Source: an uncultured Bacteroidales bacterium
GTDB lineage: Bacteria > Bacteroidota > Bacteroidia > Bacteroidales > Muribaculaceae
DNA length: 64,000 bases
Reading direction: 5' to 3'
NCBI GenBank assembly: GCA_902784675.1
Contig: CACZVR010000003.1
Location: forward strand, 9,899 to 73,898
In this document: positions 47,722 through 57,684 of the stretch, in pieces
Layout of the letters: the number at the start of each line of letters is the position of its first letter
Position numbering within the stretch: the stretch's first letter is position 1
The notes under the pieces: model-generated
The model's input: only the letters and a program-made list of their open reading frames with translations
What the model was told of the DNA's origin: nothing
Database searches by the model: none
Program-made: the position numbers and the translations under genes

Positions 47722-49148
47722 AGAGAATAACTCTAGCATTGTTTTTGGCGCTTGTCGCCGTGTCGCGACTCGCTGCCTATACCGCCCAGGAAGCGGTGGA
47801 TAAATTCGTGTCCCACAGTTCGCTGCGTTATGCTTCGCTGGGTGTTCAGGTCATCGACCTGGACTCGGCAAAAACAATAGCCAGTTTCCGTCCCGAGCAG
47901 GCCAATATCACGGCCTCAACGATGAAAACCGTGGTCTCGTCGGCTGCTTTGGGCCTGTTGGGACCGCATTTCCGCTTCGAGACTCCTGTCTTTCTTGATG
48001 GTGAAATACGCGATAATTGCCTGTATGGCAACATCATTGTCAAGGGAACAGGCGACCCCACGCTGGGGTCAGTCTTCCTGCCTTGTCAGGCGAATATCGT
48101 TGATGAAATCATCGCTGCATTGCGAGCACGTGGCATCAGCAGGATTGAAGGTGGTATTATATGTGACGATTCCTACTACGGATTCCCTTATTTTGACGAG
48201 GACTGGGATGTGGGCGATCTGGCCTATGACTACGGTGCTGCCGTCCATGCCTTGAATTTTCATGACAATCTGGTGACGGTATCCTATACGCTTGATTCGC
48301 GTGGGCGCGTGGCGCGTTCGTCGTTCTCTCCCTCTGTTCCTGGCTTGAAGGTCATCAGCCGGTGTCGTTCAAGCCGACGCAATGCCATCACACCTTATTT
48401 GGATTACAGTGTTCCTGCACTGGTGATAACGGGTGAGACGAGCGGCAAAACATTCAGCAACACCTATGCTAACCCCACGCCGGCCCCAATGCTGGCCGAC
48501 AGTCTGGAACGCGCTTTGCGTGCCGGCGGTTTCCAGTTGTTTGCCGCCAGTGAAACGTCTGCCGAGTCAAATTCAGAACAGACCTTGCTCGTGTTGCACA
48601 AGTCGCCTGAATTAACCGAAATCATCACCTCGCTGCTTGACCGCAGTGACAACATGTTTGCCCACGCGCTGTTGCGTGCTATCGGGGCGCGTGACTATGA
48701 GGTGAGGAATCTGGATTGTGCTCCTGCCGACCTCGATGTCGTCGGTGTGGCGGCAGTCAAGCGCTGGCTGGAGTTGCAGGGCATCAACACCGAGCCGCTG
48801 TTCATGCGTGACGGCAGTGGACTGGCCCGTGCCAACAAAGCTTCGGTCAACTTCTTTGGCGACATGTTGACGATGATGGCTCACCGCCGCTTTGACGGTG
48901 TGCGTCTTTGTGACCTCATGCCCACGGCATCTGGACGCGCAGGCAAGACCCTCAAGGCCAATCCGTTGAGTGACCAGATTGTACTCAAGTCGGGCAGTAT
49001 GCGTCATGTGCAGTGCTTTGTGGGCTACTATCCTGCAGCGGAGCCTCGCTATTGTTTCGCTGTGCTGGTGAATAATTTCACTTGCTCTCAAGCGTCGATA
49101 CGCGAGCAGATAGGTGTGTTCCTGTGCAATCTTTTTGAAGGACGATAA
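47718..49148 (+). CDS. dacB: D-Ala-D-Ala carboxypeptidase/endopeptidase (PBP4, S13)
   Basis: STMK, SDN, KSG motifs; GDPTL, DGSGL. Confidence 0.92.
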   Translation: MKRITLALFLALVAVSRLAAYTAQEAVDKFVSHSSLRYASLGVQVIDLDSAKTIASFRPEQANITASTMKTVVSSAALGLLGPHFRFETPVFLDGEIRDNCLYGNIIVKGTGDPTLGSVFLPCQANIVDEIIAALRARGISRIEGGIICDDSYYGFPYFDEDWDVGDLAYDYGAAVHALNFHDNLVTVSYTLDSRGRVARSSFSPSVPGLKVISRCRSSRRNAITPYLDYSVPALVITGETSGKTFSNTYANPTPAPMLADSLERALRAGGFQLFAASETSAESNSEQTLLVLHKSPELTEIITSLLDRSDNMFAHALLRAIGARDYEVRNLDCAPADLDVVGVAAVKRWLELQGINTEPLFMRDGSGLARANKASVNFFGDMLTMMAHRRFDGVRLCDLMPTASGRAGKTLKANPLSDQIVLKSGSMRHVQCFVGYYPAAEPRYCFAVLVNNFTCSQASIREQIGVFLCNLFEGR

Positions 49149-49261
49149 AAAACATGCTGAAAATAGTTGGTGTTTCAGAAAAAATGCCTAAAATTGCAGG
49201 TTAAAAGTAAAGCAAATCCATGGCGGTAATCCGCTAAGCGATTATATAACTGATGATTATG

Positions 49262-50224
49262 AATATGTCAATTGAGAAAATGCTATCTCATGTCTATGAG
49301 ATAGAGGGTTTGATGCTCGTTACCCGTCGTTTGGGCGATGAGAACACCCCCGAAGTGATTACGAATAAGATTCAGCGCAAGGTGCGTGAGTTGGCCGAGA
49401 TGTGTGGCGTGACGCTCGAAGCTCAGCCTGCTGCAGCTACTGAAGCACCAACTCCAGAAGCTGCCGAGCACCTTCCCGAGGAGGATTATGATGCCGATGA
49501 GACTTGGCAGCATGATAACGGCGAGGAGTTTAAGGAGGTTTTCTCATTAGATTATGAGGAGCCGAAGCATGAACCCGAGGAAGTTCCGGTAGCTGACCGT
49601 GAGCCCGACGAGGACATTACCGTGGAGTGGATCGAGGCCGAGGATGAGCCTGAAGAGGTTGCCGAAACAGAGCCCGTTGCCACACCGACGCCTCCTGCAT
49701 TTCACCCCGAGCCCACGCCTCCTGCTTTCAAGCAGGAAGAGGAGCAGCAGGTGCCCGAGCAGGTAGCCGAGGACCCGATGCTCTCGGTGCCCGATGATGA
49801 GCCGGTGCCCGAGCCTGACCCTGAACTGGTTCCCGAAGCCGAGGACGAAACAGTTGTTCCCGACGACTTTATGGACTCAGGCGCTTTGCCCGAACCCGAG
49901 GATGAGATGCCGCTTCCTCCGCTGCCCACCGATTTCCCCGAGGTGATTGAGGAGCCCTCAACTCCGATGCGTGTTGACGAGAAGTTGCAGCGCAACCTCA
50001 CTAAAGATATTCGCAAGGCCTTCTCGGTCAATGACCGTTTCCGCTATCAGCGTGAATTGTTCGCTGGCAGCGCAAGTGCGATGAACACTGCTATTGAACA
50101 CATCGAGATGATGTCAAGCTACGGCAACGCCGAGCTGTATTTCTACAGCCAGTTGCATTGGGACCGTGAAGACGAGGTCGTTCAAGATTTCATGAACATC
50201 GTGCGCAACCATTTCCAGAAGTGA
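49262..50224 (+). CDS. Hypothetical protein with acidic Pro-rich linker and conserved C-terminal domain
   Basis: E/P-rich middle; C-terminal DIRKAFSVNDRFRY.RELF. Confidence 0.8.
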   Translation, partial: NMSIEKMLSHVYEIEGLMLVTRRLGDENTPEVITNKIQRKVRELAEMCGVTLEAQPAAATEAPTPEAAEHLPEEDYDADETWQHDNGEEFKEVFSLDYEEPKHEPEEVPVADREPDEDITVEWIEAEDEPEEVAETEPVATPTPPAFHPEPTPPAFKQEEEQQVPEQVAEDPMLSVPDDEPVPEPDPELVPEAEDETVVPDDFMDSGALPEPEDEMPLPPLPTDFPEVIEEPSTPMRVDEKLQRNLTKDIRKAFSVNDRFRYQRELFAGSASAMNTAIEHIEMMSSYGNAELYFYSQLHWDREDEVVQDFMNIVRNHFQK

Positions 50225-50234
50225 CATACCGACT

Positions 50235-50969
50235 ATGGCAGGCAAACTGTACATAGTGCCCACTCCCGTCGGGAACCTCAATGACATGACACCTCGTGCC
50301 ATCGAGGTGCTCAAGGCGGTTGACACCGTCCTTGCCGAGGACACGCGCACCAGCGGTGTGTTGCTCAAGCACTTCGGTATCACCACACCCATGCGCAGTC
50401 ACCACAAGTTCAATGAACATGAGGCGGTGGCTGCTGTGGTGGAACAACTCTTGGGCGGAGCCGTGATGGCACTCATCAGCGATGCCGGGACACCGGGAAT
50501 CAGCGACCCGGGTTTCTTGCTTTCGCGCGAGTGCCGCCGCCAAGGTGTGGAGGTCGAGACCCTGCCTGGGGCAACCGCCTTTGTACCAGCCCTGGTGAAC
50601 TCGGGTTTGCCTTGTGACCGCTTTGTCTTTGAGGGCTTCTTGCCCCAGAAGAAAGGCCGCGCCACACGTCTTGAAGAGTTGAAAGGTCAACCGCTCACAA
50701 TGGTTTTTTATGAGTCGCCCGTGCGACTGCTCAAGACCTTGCAGCAGTTTGCCGAGGTGTTTGGCGCCGAGCGTGAGGCGAGCGTGGTGCGTGAGATCAG
50801 CAAACTGCACAACACAACGCACAATGGCACCCTGGGTGAACTGGTGGAATACTTCACCGCCACGGCTCCGCGAGGAGAGATAGTCATTGTTGTGGCGGGT
50901 AGTCCGCCCGAAGCGGCTGCCAAGGTCGATAAATATGCCGCCTTCAAGCAAAAGAAGGCCAAAGTCTGA
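50235..50969 (+). CDS. rsmI: 16S rRNA C1402 2'-O-methyltransferase
   Basis: VPTPVGNL.D, AEDTR, SDAGTPGISDPG, YESP.R, REISK. Confidence 0.95.
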   Translation: MAGKLYIVPTPVGNLNDMTPRAIEVLKAVDTVLAEDTRTSGVLLKHFGITTPMRSHHKFNEHEAVAAVVEQLLGGAVMALISDAGTPGISDPGFLLSRECRRQGVEVETLPGATAFVPALVNSGLPCDRFVFEGFLPQKKGRATRLEELKGQPLTMVFYESPVRLLKTLQQFAEVFGAEREASVVREISKLHNTTHNGTLGELVEYFTATAPRGEIVIVVAGSPPEAAAKVDKYAAFKQKKAKV

Positions 50970-51040
50970 AAACAAACTAAGCAAAACAAAGAATATAGAT
51001 AAGCACAATAAAGTTTGACAATAATTAAAAAGCAATAGGT

Positions 51041-51928
51041 ATGAAAAAGATTTTTTATTTGGTTTGGCTGATGGTAGGGTTGGCGGTGATGCCTGCTTGC
51101 CAGCGCGCTAACCAATTGGAACAGGAGACCATACGCCAGGACTCGATCAATGCAGCCCTGCAGGACTCCATCAACACTGCCAATGCCGAGAAAGACAGTC
51201 TGATGCAACTCATGAGTGACATCGCCGATGGCATGGCACAAATCAAGGAAATCGAGGACATCGTGTCGGTGAACAACCTGAGCGGCGAGACTCCAGATCG
51301 CAAGAAACAGTTGCGCGACGATATCGTCCTCATCCAGGAGTCTGTTGCAAAGCACAAGAAACGCCTGGATGAACTGGAGAGGCGCTTGAAGCAATCGACC
51401 AACTATAATGACAAGATGGCCAAATCGATTGCGTTGATGAAGCAACAACTCGAGGAACAAGAGAAAACGATTAACTCCCTGACCGATCAACTGGCAGCCG
51501 CTCACATCCAAATCAAGAACCTGAACCAGAGTGTGGACTCGCTCAACACGGTCAACAAGGCTGTGGTTCAAGAAAAAGAAAAAGCTCAAGAGGAGTCCAA
51601 GAACTTGACCAATGAGGTCAACAACTTGAACACCTGCTATTATGTCATCGGCTCGATGAAGGAACTCAAGGCCCACAAGATTGTTGAATCGGGCTTCTTG
51701 CGCAAGACCAAGATCCTGCAGGGCGATTACGAGATGTCCTACTTCACCAAGGCCGACCGTCGCACCTTGAACGAAATCCCCTTGCACAGTGTTAAGGCTC
51801 AGGTGATGACCAATCACCCCAAGAGCTCTTATGAATTGGTGGATCAGGGTGGAACGAAGGTGTTGCGCATCCTGAGTCCTGAACGATTCTGGGAAAAATC
51901 CAATTTCTTGGTCATCAAAGTGGATTGA
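51041..51928 (+). CDS. Coiled-coil lipoprotein
   Basis: Lipobox PAC; long heptad region; YY.IG..KELK, FW..S..LVI. Confidence 0.75.
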   Translation: MKKIFYLVWLMVGLAVMPACQRANQLEQETIRQDSINAALQDSINTANAEKDSLMQLMSDIADGMAQIKEIEDIVSVNNLSGETPDRKKQLRDDIVLIQESVAKHKKRLDELERRLKQSTNYNDKMAKSIALMKQQLEEQEKTINSLTDQLAAAHIQIKNLNQSVDSLNTVNKAVVQEKEKAQEESKNLTNEVNNLNTCYYVIGSMKELKAHKIVESGFLRKTKILQGDYEMSYFTKADRRTLNEIPLHSVKAQVMTNHPKSSYELVDQGGTKVLRILSPERFWEKSNFLVIKVD

Positions 51929-53076
51929 TGAAGGTTGTCCTTGCGTTTGACAAGTTCAAAGGCTCGGCGACAGCACGCCAGTTAAACGAGGCCGCACAGC
52001 AATGCTTGTGCGGTCTTGATGGTGTAGAGGTGACCACTGTCGCTGTTGCCGACGGCGGTGACGGCACGACCGAGGTGCTGGCATCGAACCGGCAGGGACA
52101 ATGGGTGACCATGCCCACCATTGGACCCTTGTTGCAGCGTGAACCGGTCAATGCGCGTTACTTCATGTGTGACGATGGCACTGCTCTCATCGAGGTGGCC
52201 GCTGCCAGCGGACTCGCCTTGTTGCCCCAGGATGAACGCGACGTGATGCGCACGACGACGCTGGGCACCGGCATGCTCATGCGTGACGCTATGGAACGTG
52301 GCTCTCGCCACATCGTGCTGGGACTGGGTGGTTCGGCCACATGTGATGCCGGCATGGGTATTATGAGCGCCCTCGGCGCGGAGTTCCTTGACCGACAAGG
52401 GCACCACTTGTATCCCAGTGGGGAGTCTTTAGAGAGAATCGAGCATATCGAGACGTTGGGCATTCCGCAAACCGTCCGTGACTGTCGTTTCACCATCTTG
52501 ATAGATGTTGATACTTTTCTGTGCGGTGAACGGGGAACAGCACGCCTGTTCGCTCCGCAAAAGGGGGCATCGCCCGAGCAGGTAGAGCAGCTGGAACATG
52601 GTTTGGCCCATGTCGCGGATATTGTGGGACAGGAGATTGCCTGCAAGCAGGGCTGTGGCGCTGCGGGTGGCATCCCGGCGCTGATGATGTATCTGCTCAA
52701 TTGCGAACTGTTGCCAGGAGCGCCTTATGTGTTTGCGTGCAACGGCATGCGCGAGGCGCTGGACGGAGCCGACCTGGTCATTACAGGTGAAGGCAAATTG
52801 GACCGCCAGACCATGATGGGCAAGGGGCCGGGCTCGGTCATCACAATGGCTCGCGAGAAGAATGTTCCTGTGGCAGCCGTCTGTGGAGTGGTGGAGAGTG
52901 ATTTTGATTGGCAGCAGGCAGGACTTTTCAAGGCTGTCGCTGTGAGCGAGGGTCTAAGTGCAGCCGAGGCGATGGACAATGACAGGACGCTCATGAATGT
53001 CTCGCGGGCTGTCGCAGAATTGGTTGACGATTTTGCCGCGTTTGCTGATGGCGAGAAGAACCTGGGCGCGTTGTGA
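51928..53076 (+). CDS. Glycerate kinase
   Basis: DKFKGS, ADGGDGT, GLGGSAT.D.G.G, GAAGG, ITGEG.LD.QT. Confidence 0.93.
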   Translation: MKVVLAFDKFKGSATARQLNEAAQQCLCGLDGVEVTTVAVADGGDGTTEVLASNRQGQWVTMPTIGPLLQREPVNARYFMCDDGTALIEVAAASGLALLPQDERDVMRTTTLGTGMLMRDAMERGSRHIVLGLGGSATCDAGMGIMSALGAEFLDRQGHHLYPSGESLERIEHIETLGIPQTVRDCRFTILIDVDTFLCGERGTARLFAPQKGASPEQVEQLEHGLAHVADIVGQEIACKQGCGAAGGIPALMMYLLNCELLPGAPYVFACNGMREALDGADLVITGEGKLDRQTMMGKGPGSVITMAREKNVPVAAVCGVVESDFDWQQAGLFKAVAVSEGLSAAEAMDNDRTLMNVSRAVAELVDDFAAFADGEKNLGAL

Positions 53077-53131
53077 TATTCGTGAATTTATTGTAACTTT
53101 GTGCATTCATAATCACTAAACTGAACCAGAT

Positions 53132-53584
53132 ATGAAAATTGGAGATAAAATTCCCGAATTCTTGGGTGTAGATCAAAACGGTAACGAAATCAAGGCGAGC
53201 GATTTCACAGGTAAGAAACTCATTATTTATTTTTACCCTAAGGACAATACGCCCGGCTGCACGGCCGAGGCTTGCAGCCTGGCAACAGGCTATGGCGCTT
53301 TGAAGCGTGCCGGCTATGCGCTGCTGGGTGTGAGCAAGGACAGTGCGGCAAGCCATCAGAAGTTTGCCGACAAGTACAGTCTGCCGTTTCCGCTCATCGC
53401 CGATGTGGACACCAGCCTGAATCAGGCCTTCGGCGTCTGGCGTGAGAAGAAGATGGCGGGTCGCACCTACATGGGCACCGTGCGCACCACTTTCATCATC
53501 GATGAGCAAGGAATCGTCAAGCACATCATCGAGAAAGTGAACACCAAGGATAGCGCCAACCAAATTTTGGAATTGGATATCTAA
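53132..53584 (+). CDS. bcp: Thioredoxin-dependent thiol peroxidase
   Basis: YFYPKDNTPGCTAEAC, RTTFIID. Confidence 0.95.
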   Translation: MKIGDKIPEFLGVDQNGNEIKASDFTGKKLIIYFYPKDNTPGCTAEACSLATGYGALKRAGYALLGVSKDSAASHQKFADKYSLPFPLIADVDTSLNQAFGVWREKKMAGRTYMGTVRTTFIIDEQGIVKHIIEKVNTKDSANQILELDI

Positions 53585-53611
53585 GATACTGATAACTAAT
53601 AATCTAACGTG

Positions 53612-55780
53612 ATGAAAAAATATATTTTAACACTTGCGCTCCTCCTTATTACAATAGGTGCTGGAGCATTGACGCTCGAAGAATGTGTGTTGCGTGGCAA
53701 TTCGCCTCGCGGCGTCGGAGCAATGCAGCCTGCCAAAAATGATGGTCGCTACTTCTATCGCCTGAGCGATGATGGCAATGCCATCAACCGCATCAGTTAT
53801 GCCAAGGGTGACGAGAGCGTGCTGCTGGACACCAGCGACGAGGCTGTGACCGGTTGGGACGACTTCGAAGTGACGGCCGATGGCGCCTATGTCCTGCTGT
53901 GGAACAACTCGCAGGAGATTTACCGCTACAGTTTCAGCGCCGATTACTACGTCTATGACCTCAAGAACAAGACGATGAAGGCCTTGAGCGAGGGTGGGGG
54001 CGAGGAAATCGCGACCCTGTCTCCCGACGGCAAGCGCGTGGCCTATGTCAAGGGCAACAACGTGTTTGTGCGCAACCTGGTGGATGGCACGACCGTGCAA
54101 GTGACCCATGACGGCAAGAAGAACAACATCATCTATGGTGTGCCCGACTGGGTCTATCAGGAGGAATTGGGTATGCTCAACACGCTCAACTGGTCGAGCG
54201 ACAGCCGTTCGTTGGCTTTCCTGCGTTGGGACGAGAGCCAGGTGAAGATGGCGTCGATGGTCATCTATCAGGGTACCTGCAACCCCAAGGACGAGTATGC
54301 GCTCTATCCCGGACGCTATGATTTCAAGTACCCCGTGGCTGGTGAGAAGAACTCCATCGTGAGTGTTCACTGCTATGACGTGGTGGACGGCACGTTCAAG
54401 AAACTCAATGTGCCGCTCGACGAGGAGGACTACGTTTGCCACATCACCTTCAGTCCCGACCCGCAGCGCCTGATGGTGCAACGTCTGAATCGTCTTCAGA
54501 ATGACTTGCGCATCTATGCCGTCAATCCCATGACAGGTGAGGCCAAGCAAGTCTATCAAGAGACTTCGGACACCTGGGTGGACGCCGAGACATCGCAGCA
54601 AGTGCAGTATGAGGACAACTTCTTTGTGATTCCCAGTGAGCGCTCGGGCTACATGCAGCTCTATCAGTATGATTTGGACGGTAACCTGATGTGCCAACTC
54701 ACTAATGACAATAAGCGCATCATCTCGCAGTTCTACGGCTATGACAAGGCCACCAAGCGTTTCTATTACCAAGCCTCGTGTGGCCCGCTGAACCGCGTTG
54801 TCGAGTGTGTGGATACCAAGGGCAAAGTGACTCGCTTGGCACCCTCTACTGCCGATGGTCAAGGCACGGCATCGGCTGTTTTCAACGGTGATTTTACCTA
54901 CTATGTGGGATGTTACAGTGATGCGCAGACGCCCAATCAGTACCGCATCTATGACCGCAAGGGCAAGCGCGTGCGTGACCTGCAGCTCAACGAGGAATAT
55001 GCTCGTCGTTACACTGCTGTCGATGTGCCCAAGAAGGAGTTCTTCACCATGGAGCATGACGGCTACACGCTCAACGGCTACATGATCAAGCCCGTTGACT
55101 TTGACCCGAATAAGAAATATCCTGTCATCATGGAGCACTATAACGGTCCTGGCTCGCAGGAAGTGCTCAACAAGTGGCGCATGGGCTGGGAGCAGTACTT
55201 TGCTACCCAGGGCTACATCGTTTGCGAGGTGGACAGCCGTGGCACGGGTTTCCGTGGCAAGGACTTTGAGTCGATTACCTATCTAAACTTGGGAAAATAT
55301 GAGACCGAGGATGCTGTGGCAGCAGCCAACTATATGGCCTCACAGCCTTGGGTGGATGCCGACCACATTGGCATCATGGGCTGGAGCTACGGCGGTTTCC
55401 AGACGCTGATGGCGATGAGCGAGCCGGGCAGCAACTACGCCTGCGGTGTGAGCATCGCACCGGTGACCACTTGGCGCTACTATGACAGCATCTACACCGA
55501 GCGCTACATGCGCACGCCCCAGGAGAACCCCGAGGGTTATAGCAACTTCCCGCTCAATCGTGCCGAGAACCTCAACGGTCGCGTGCTCATCATGTTCGGT
55601 AGCGCCGACGACAACGTGCACATCGTCAACTCGATGCAATATGTCTCCAAGCTCGTGGACATGAACCGCACCTGTGACATGATGGTCTTCCCCAACATGA
55701 ACCACAGCATCCGCGACTGCTCGGCCCGCTTTGTGGTCTACAAGCGCGCCCTCGAGTTCTACGACCAATACCTCAAGTAA
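53612..55780 (+). CDS. S9 dipeptidyl peptidase IV
   Basis: DWVYQEE, GWSYGG, DDNVH, terminal His motif. Confidence 0.93.
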   Translation: MKKYILTLALLLITIGAGALTLEECVLRGNSPRGVGAMQPAKNDGRYFYRLSDDGNAINRISYAKGDESVLLDTSDEAVTGWDDFEVTADGAYVLLWNNSQEIYRYSFSADYYVYDLKNKTMKALSEGGGEEIATLSPDGKRVAYVKGNNVFVRNLVDGTTVQVTHDGKKNNIIYGVPDWVYQEELGMLNTLNWSSDSRSLAFLRWDESQVKMASMVIYQGTCNPKDEYALYPGRYDFKYPVAGEKNSIVSVHCYDVVDGTFKKLNVPLDEEDYVCHITFSPDPQRLMVQRLNRLQNDLRIYAVNPMTGEAKQVYQETSDTWVDAETSQQVQYEDNFFVIPSERSGYMQLYQYDLDGNLMCQLTNDNKRIISQFYGYDKATKRFYYQASCGPLNRVVECVDTKGKVTRLAPSTADGQGTASAVFNGDFTYYVGCYSDAQTPNQYRIYDRKGKRVRDLQLNEEYARRYTAVDVPKKEFFTMEHDGYTLNGYMIKPVDFDPNKKYPVIMEHYNGPGSQEVLNKWRMGWEQYFATQGYIVCEVDSRGTGFRGKDFESITYLNLGKYETEDAVAAANYMASQPWVDADHIGIMGWSYGGFQTLMAMSEPGSNYACGVSIAPVTTWRYYDSIYTERYMRTPQENPEGYSNFPLNRAENLNGRVLIMFGSADDNVHIVNSMQYVSKLVDMNRTCDMMVFPNMNHSIRDCSARFVVYKRALEFYDQYLK

Positions 55781-55790
55781 TAGCTACATA

Positions 55791-55830
55791 CTTTAGATTC
55801 CCTAGAGATTCTAGAGCATCTAGAACTACA
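55791..55830. repeat. Nonamer tandem repeat (CTAGA core)
   Basis: tttagattc cctagagat tctagagca tctagaact. Confidence 0.6.
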
Positions 55831-55840
55831 AGAGAATGAG

Positions 55841-56735
55841 ATGGATTATCGGGATGTGTTCTTTGTGGTGACGGGGCCGACGGCGACGGGCAAGACGGCG
55901 CGCGCCGTGCATCTGGCCAAGACGATAGGCGGTGAAATCATCAGCGCCGACTCGCGCCAGATCTACCGCGGCATGGACATCGGCACGGGCAAGGACCTGG
56001 CCGAGTATGATGGTGTGCCTTATCACCTCATTGACATCCGTCCTGCGGGTTACCGCTACAGCCTCTATGAATTTTTGGAAGACTTCGAGCGGGCCTATGA
56101 CGACATCCGTGGTCGCGGCAAACCCGTCATCATGTGCGGTGGCACAGGGCCCGTTCCCCGCAACGAGGAATTGCGCGCCGATTTGGCCGGCAAGTCGCTG
56201 GAGGAACTCACCGCCTTGCTCAAGACAATGAAGACCTTGCGCAACAACAGCGACATCGACACCGTGGCGCGTGCCACACGCGCCATAGAAATCTGTCGTT
56301 ACTATGAGCTGCATCCCGAGCTCAAAGCGCTCACCGAGCCACATCCCATGGAGAACGCCCTTGTCATCGGCGTGGAGGTGGACCGGGACACCCGTCGTGA
56401 ACGCATCACTCGCCGTCTGCGAGCGCGACTTGACGAAGGCATGATTGACGAGGTGCGCCGTCTCATTGACGAGGGCATCGACCCCGAGGACCTCATCTAT
56501 TACGGACTATAAGTTCGTCACCCAATATGTTATTGGCCAGTTGACCGAAGACGAGATGTTCCGCCAGTTGGAAATCGCCATCCACCAGTTCGCCAAACGC
56601 CAGATGACCTGGTTCCGCGGCATGGAAAAACGCGGCACCCCCATCCACTGGCTCTCCAGCACCCTCCCCCCCGACGACTTCACCTCCCAAGTCCTCACCC
56701 TCGCCACCACCCTCTCAAACAATAAGAACAATTAA
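55841..56735 (+). pseudogene. miaA: tRNA dimethylallyltransferase, frameshifted
   Basis: GPTATGKT, SADSRQIYRGMDIGT; stop after YYGL, continuing in another frame YKFVT..FAKRQMTWFR; segment after GGTG missing. Confidence 0.85.
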
Positions 56736-56765
56736 TAGACTAAAGTCATACAACTGCCTGAAAAT

Positions 56766-56802
56766 TGAATCGGCTCAAATGTTTTGAATTTGAGCCGATT
56801 CA
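56766..56802. terminator. Bidirectional terminator
   Basis: TGAATCGGCTCAAAT / ATTTGAGCCGATTCA. Confidence 0.85.
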
Positions 56803-56805
56803 GTG

Positions 56806-56937
56806 TTACTTGGATTCGTTTTTCTTTTTGATGTATTCCTGGCGGGCGTGGCGCAGGCGGCGCTGCCGCTCTTGTTCGCGGCGGCGACGGCGCTTTTCGG
56901 CGTCCTCCTGGCGGTATGCAAAATCGTTGTCAGCCAT
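56806..56937 (-). CDS. Small basic helical protein (43 aa)
   Basis: MADNDFAYRQEDAEKRRRRREQERQRRLRHARQEYIKKKNESK; host codons; ends at terminator. Confidence 0.6.
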   Translation of the reverse strand: MADNDFAYRQEDAEKRRRRREQERQRRLRHARQEYIKKKNESK

Positions 56938-57033
56938 AATTGTCAACCACAGGTCAAAATGCGTAATAATTGAATGCGGATGCCAAATTAGTATAATTCG
57001 CGAAATTCGTAGTTTATTAATCCGTAGTTTGTT

Positions 57034-57663
57034 TTATTCCTTGTGGAAGGTGTCGCTGAAGAGGGTGCGGTTGAGGATGCTGCGGCCCAAAGTGAGTTCG
57101 TCGGTGTACTCAATCTCGTTGCCCACACTCACGCCGCGCGCCAGGATGGTGATCTTGACATCGGGGTAGGGGGCAAGACGGCGGAAGATGTAGAAATTGG
57201 TCGTGTCGCCCTCCATCGTGGCACTCAACGCCAGGATAACCTCCTTGATGCCGCCAGCCTTGACGCGTTCCTCCAGGCTGTCCACCTCGATGTCGGTGGG
57301 GCCGATGCCGTCCATGGGCGAGATGAGTCCGCCCAGCACATGATACAGTCCCTTGTGCTGGTGAGTGTTCTCGATGCTCATCACATCCTTGACATTCTCG
57401 ACGACGCAGATGGTGCTTGCGTCACGCGTCGGGTTACTGCAGATGGGGCACACCTCGGTCTCGCTGATGTTGTGACACACCTTGCAGTAGCGGATCTCGC
57501 GGCGCAGTTTGATGATGGCCTCGCCAAAGTTGACCGCTTCCTGCTCGTCGCGCTTGAGCAAGTGCAACACCAGACGGAGCGCGGTTTTGCGCCCGATACC
57601 CGGCAGTTTGGCAAACTCGCTGACAGCCGTTTCCAACAGATGAGAAGCAAATTCCTGATCCAT
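57034..57663 (-). CDS. recR: Recombination mediator RecR
   Basis: LPGIG.KTA.RL, C4 zinc finger, YHVLGG.ISP, EGDTT. Confidence 0.97.
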   Translation of the reverse strand: MDQEFASHLLETAVSEFAKLPGIGRKTALRLVLHLLKRDEQEAVNFGEAIIKLRREIRYCKVCHNISETEVCPICSNPTRDASTICVVENVKDVMSIENTHQHKGLYHVLGGLISPMDGIGPTDIEVDSLEERVKAGGIKEVILALSATMEGDTTNFYIFRRLAPYPDVKITILARGVSVGNEIEYTDELTLGRSILNRTLFSDTFHKE

Positions 57664-57684
57664 TTCTCGTGGGTGCTGATGCGA

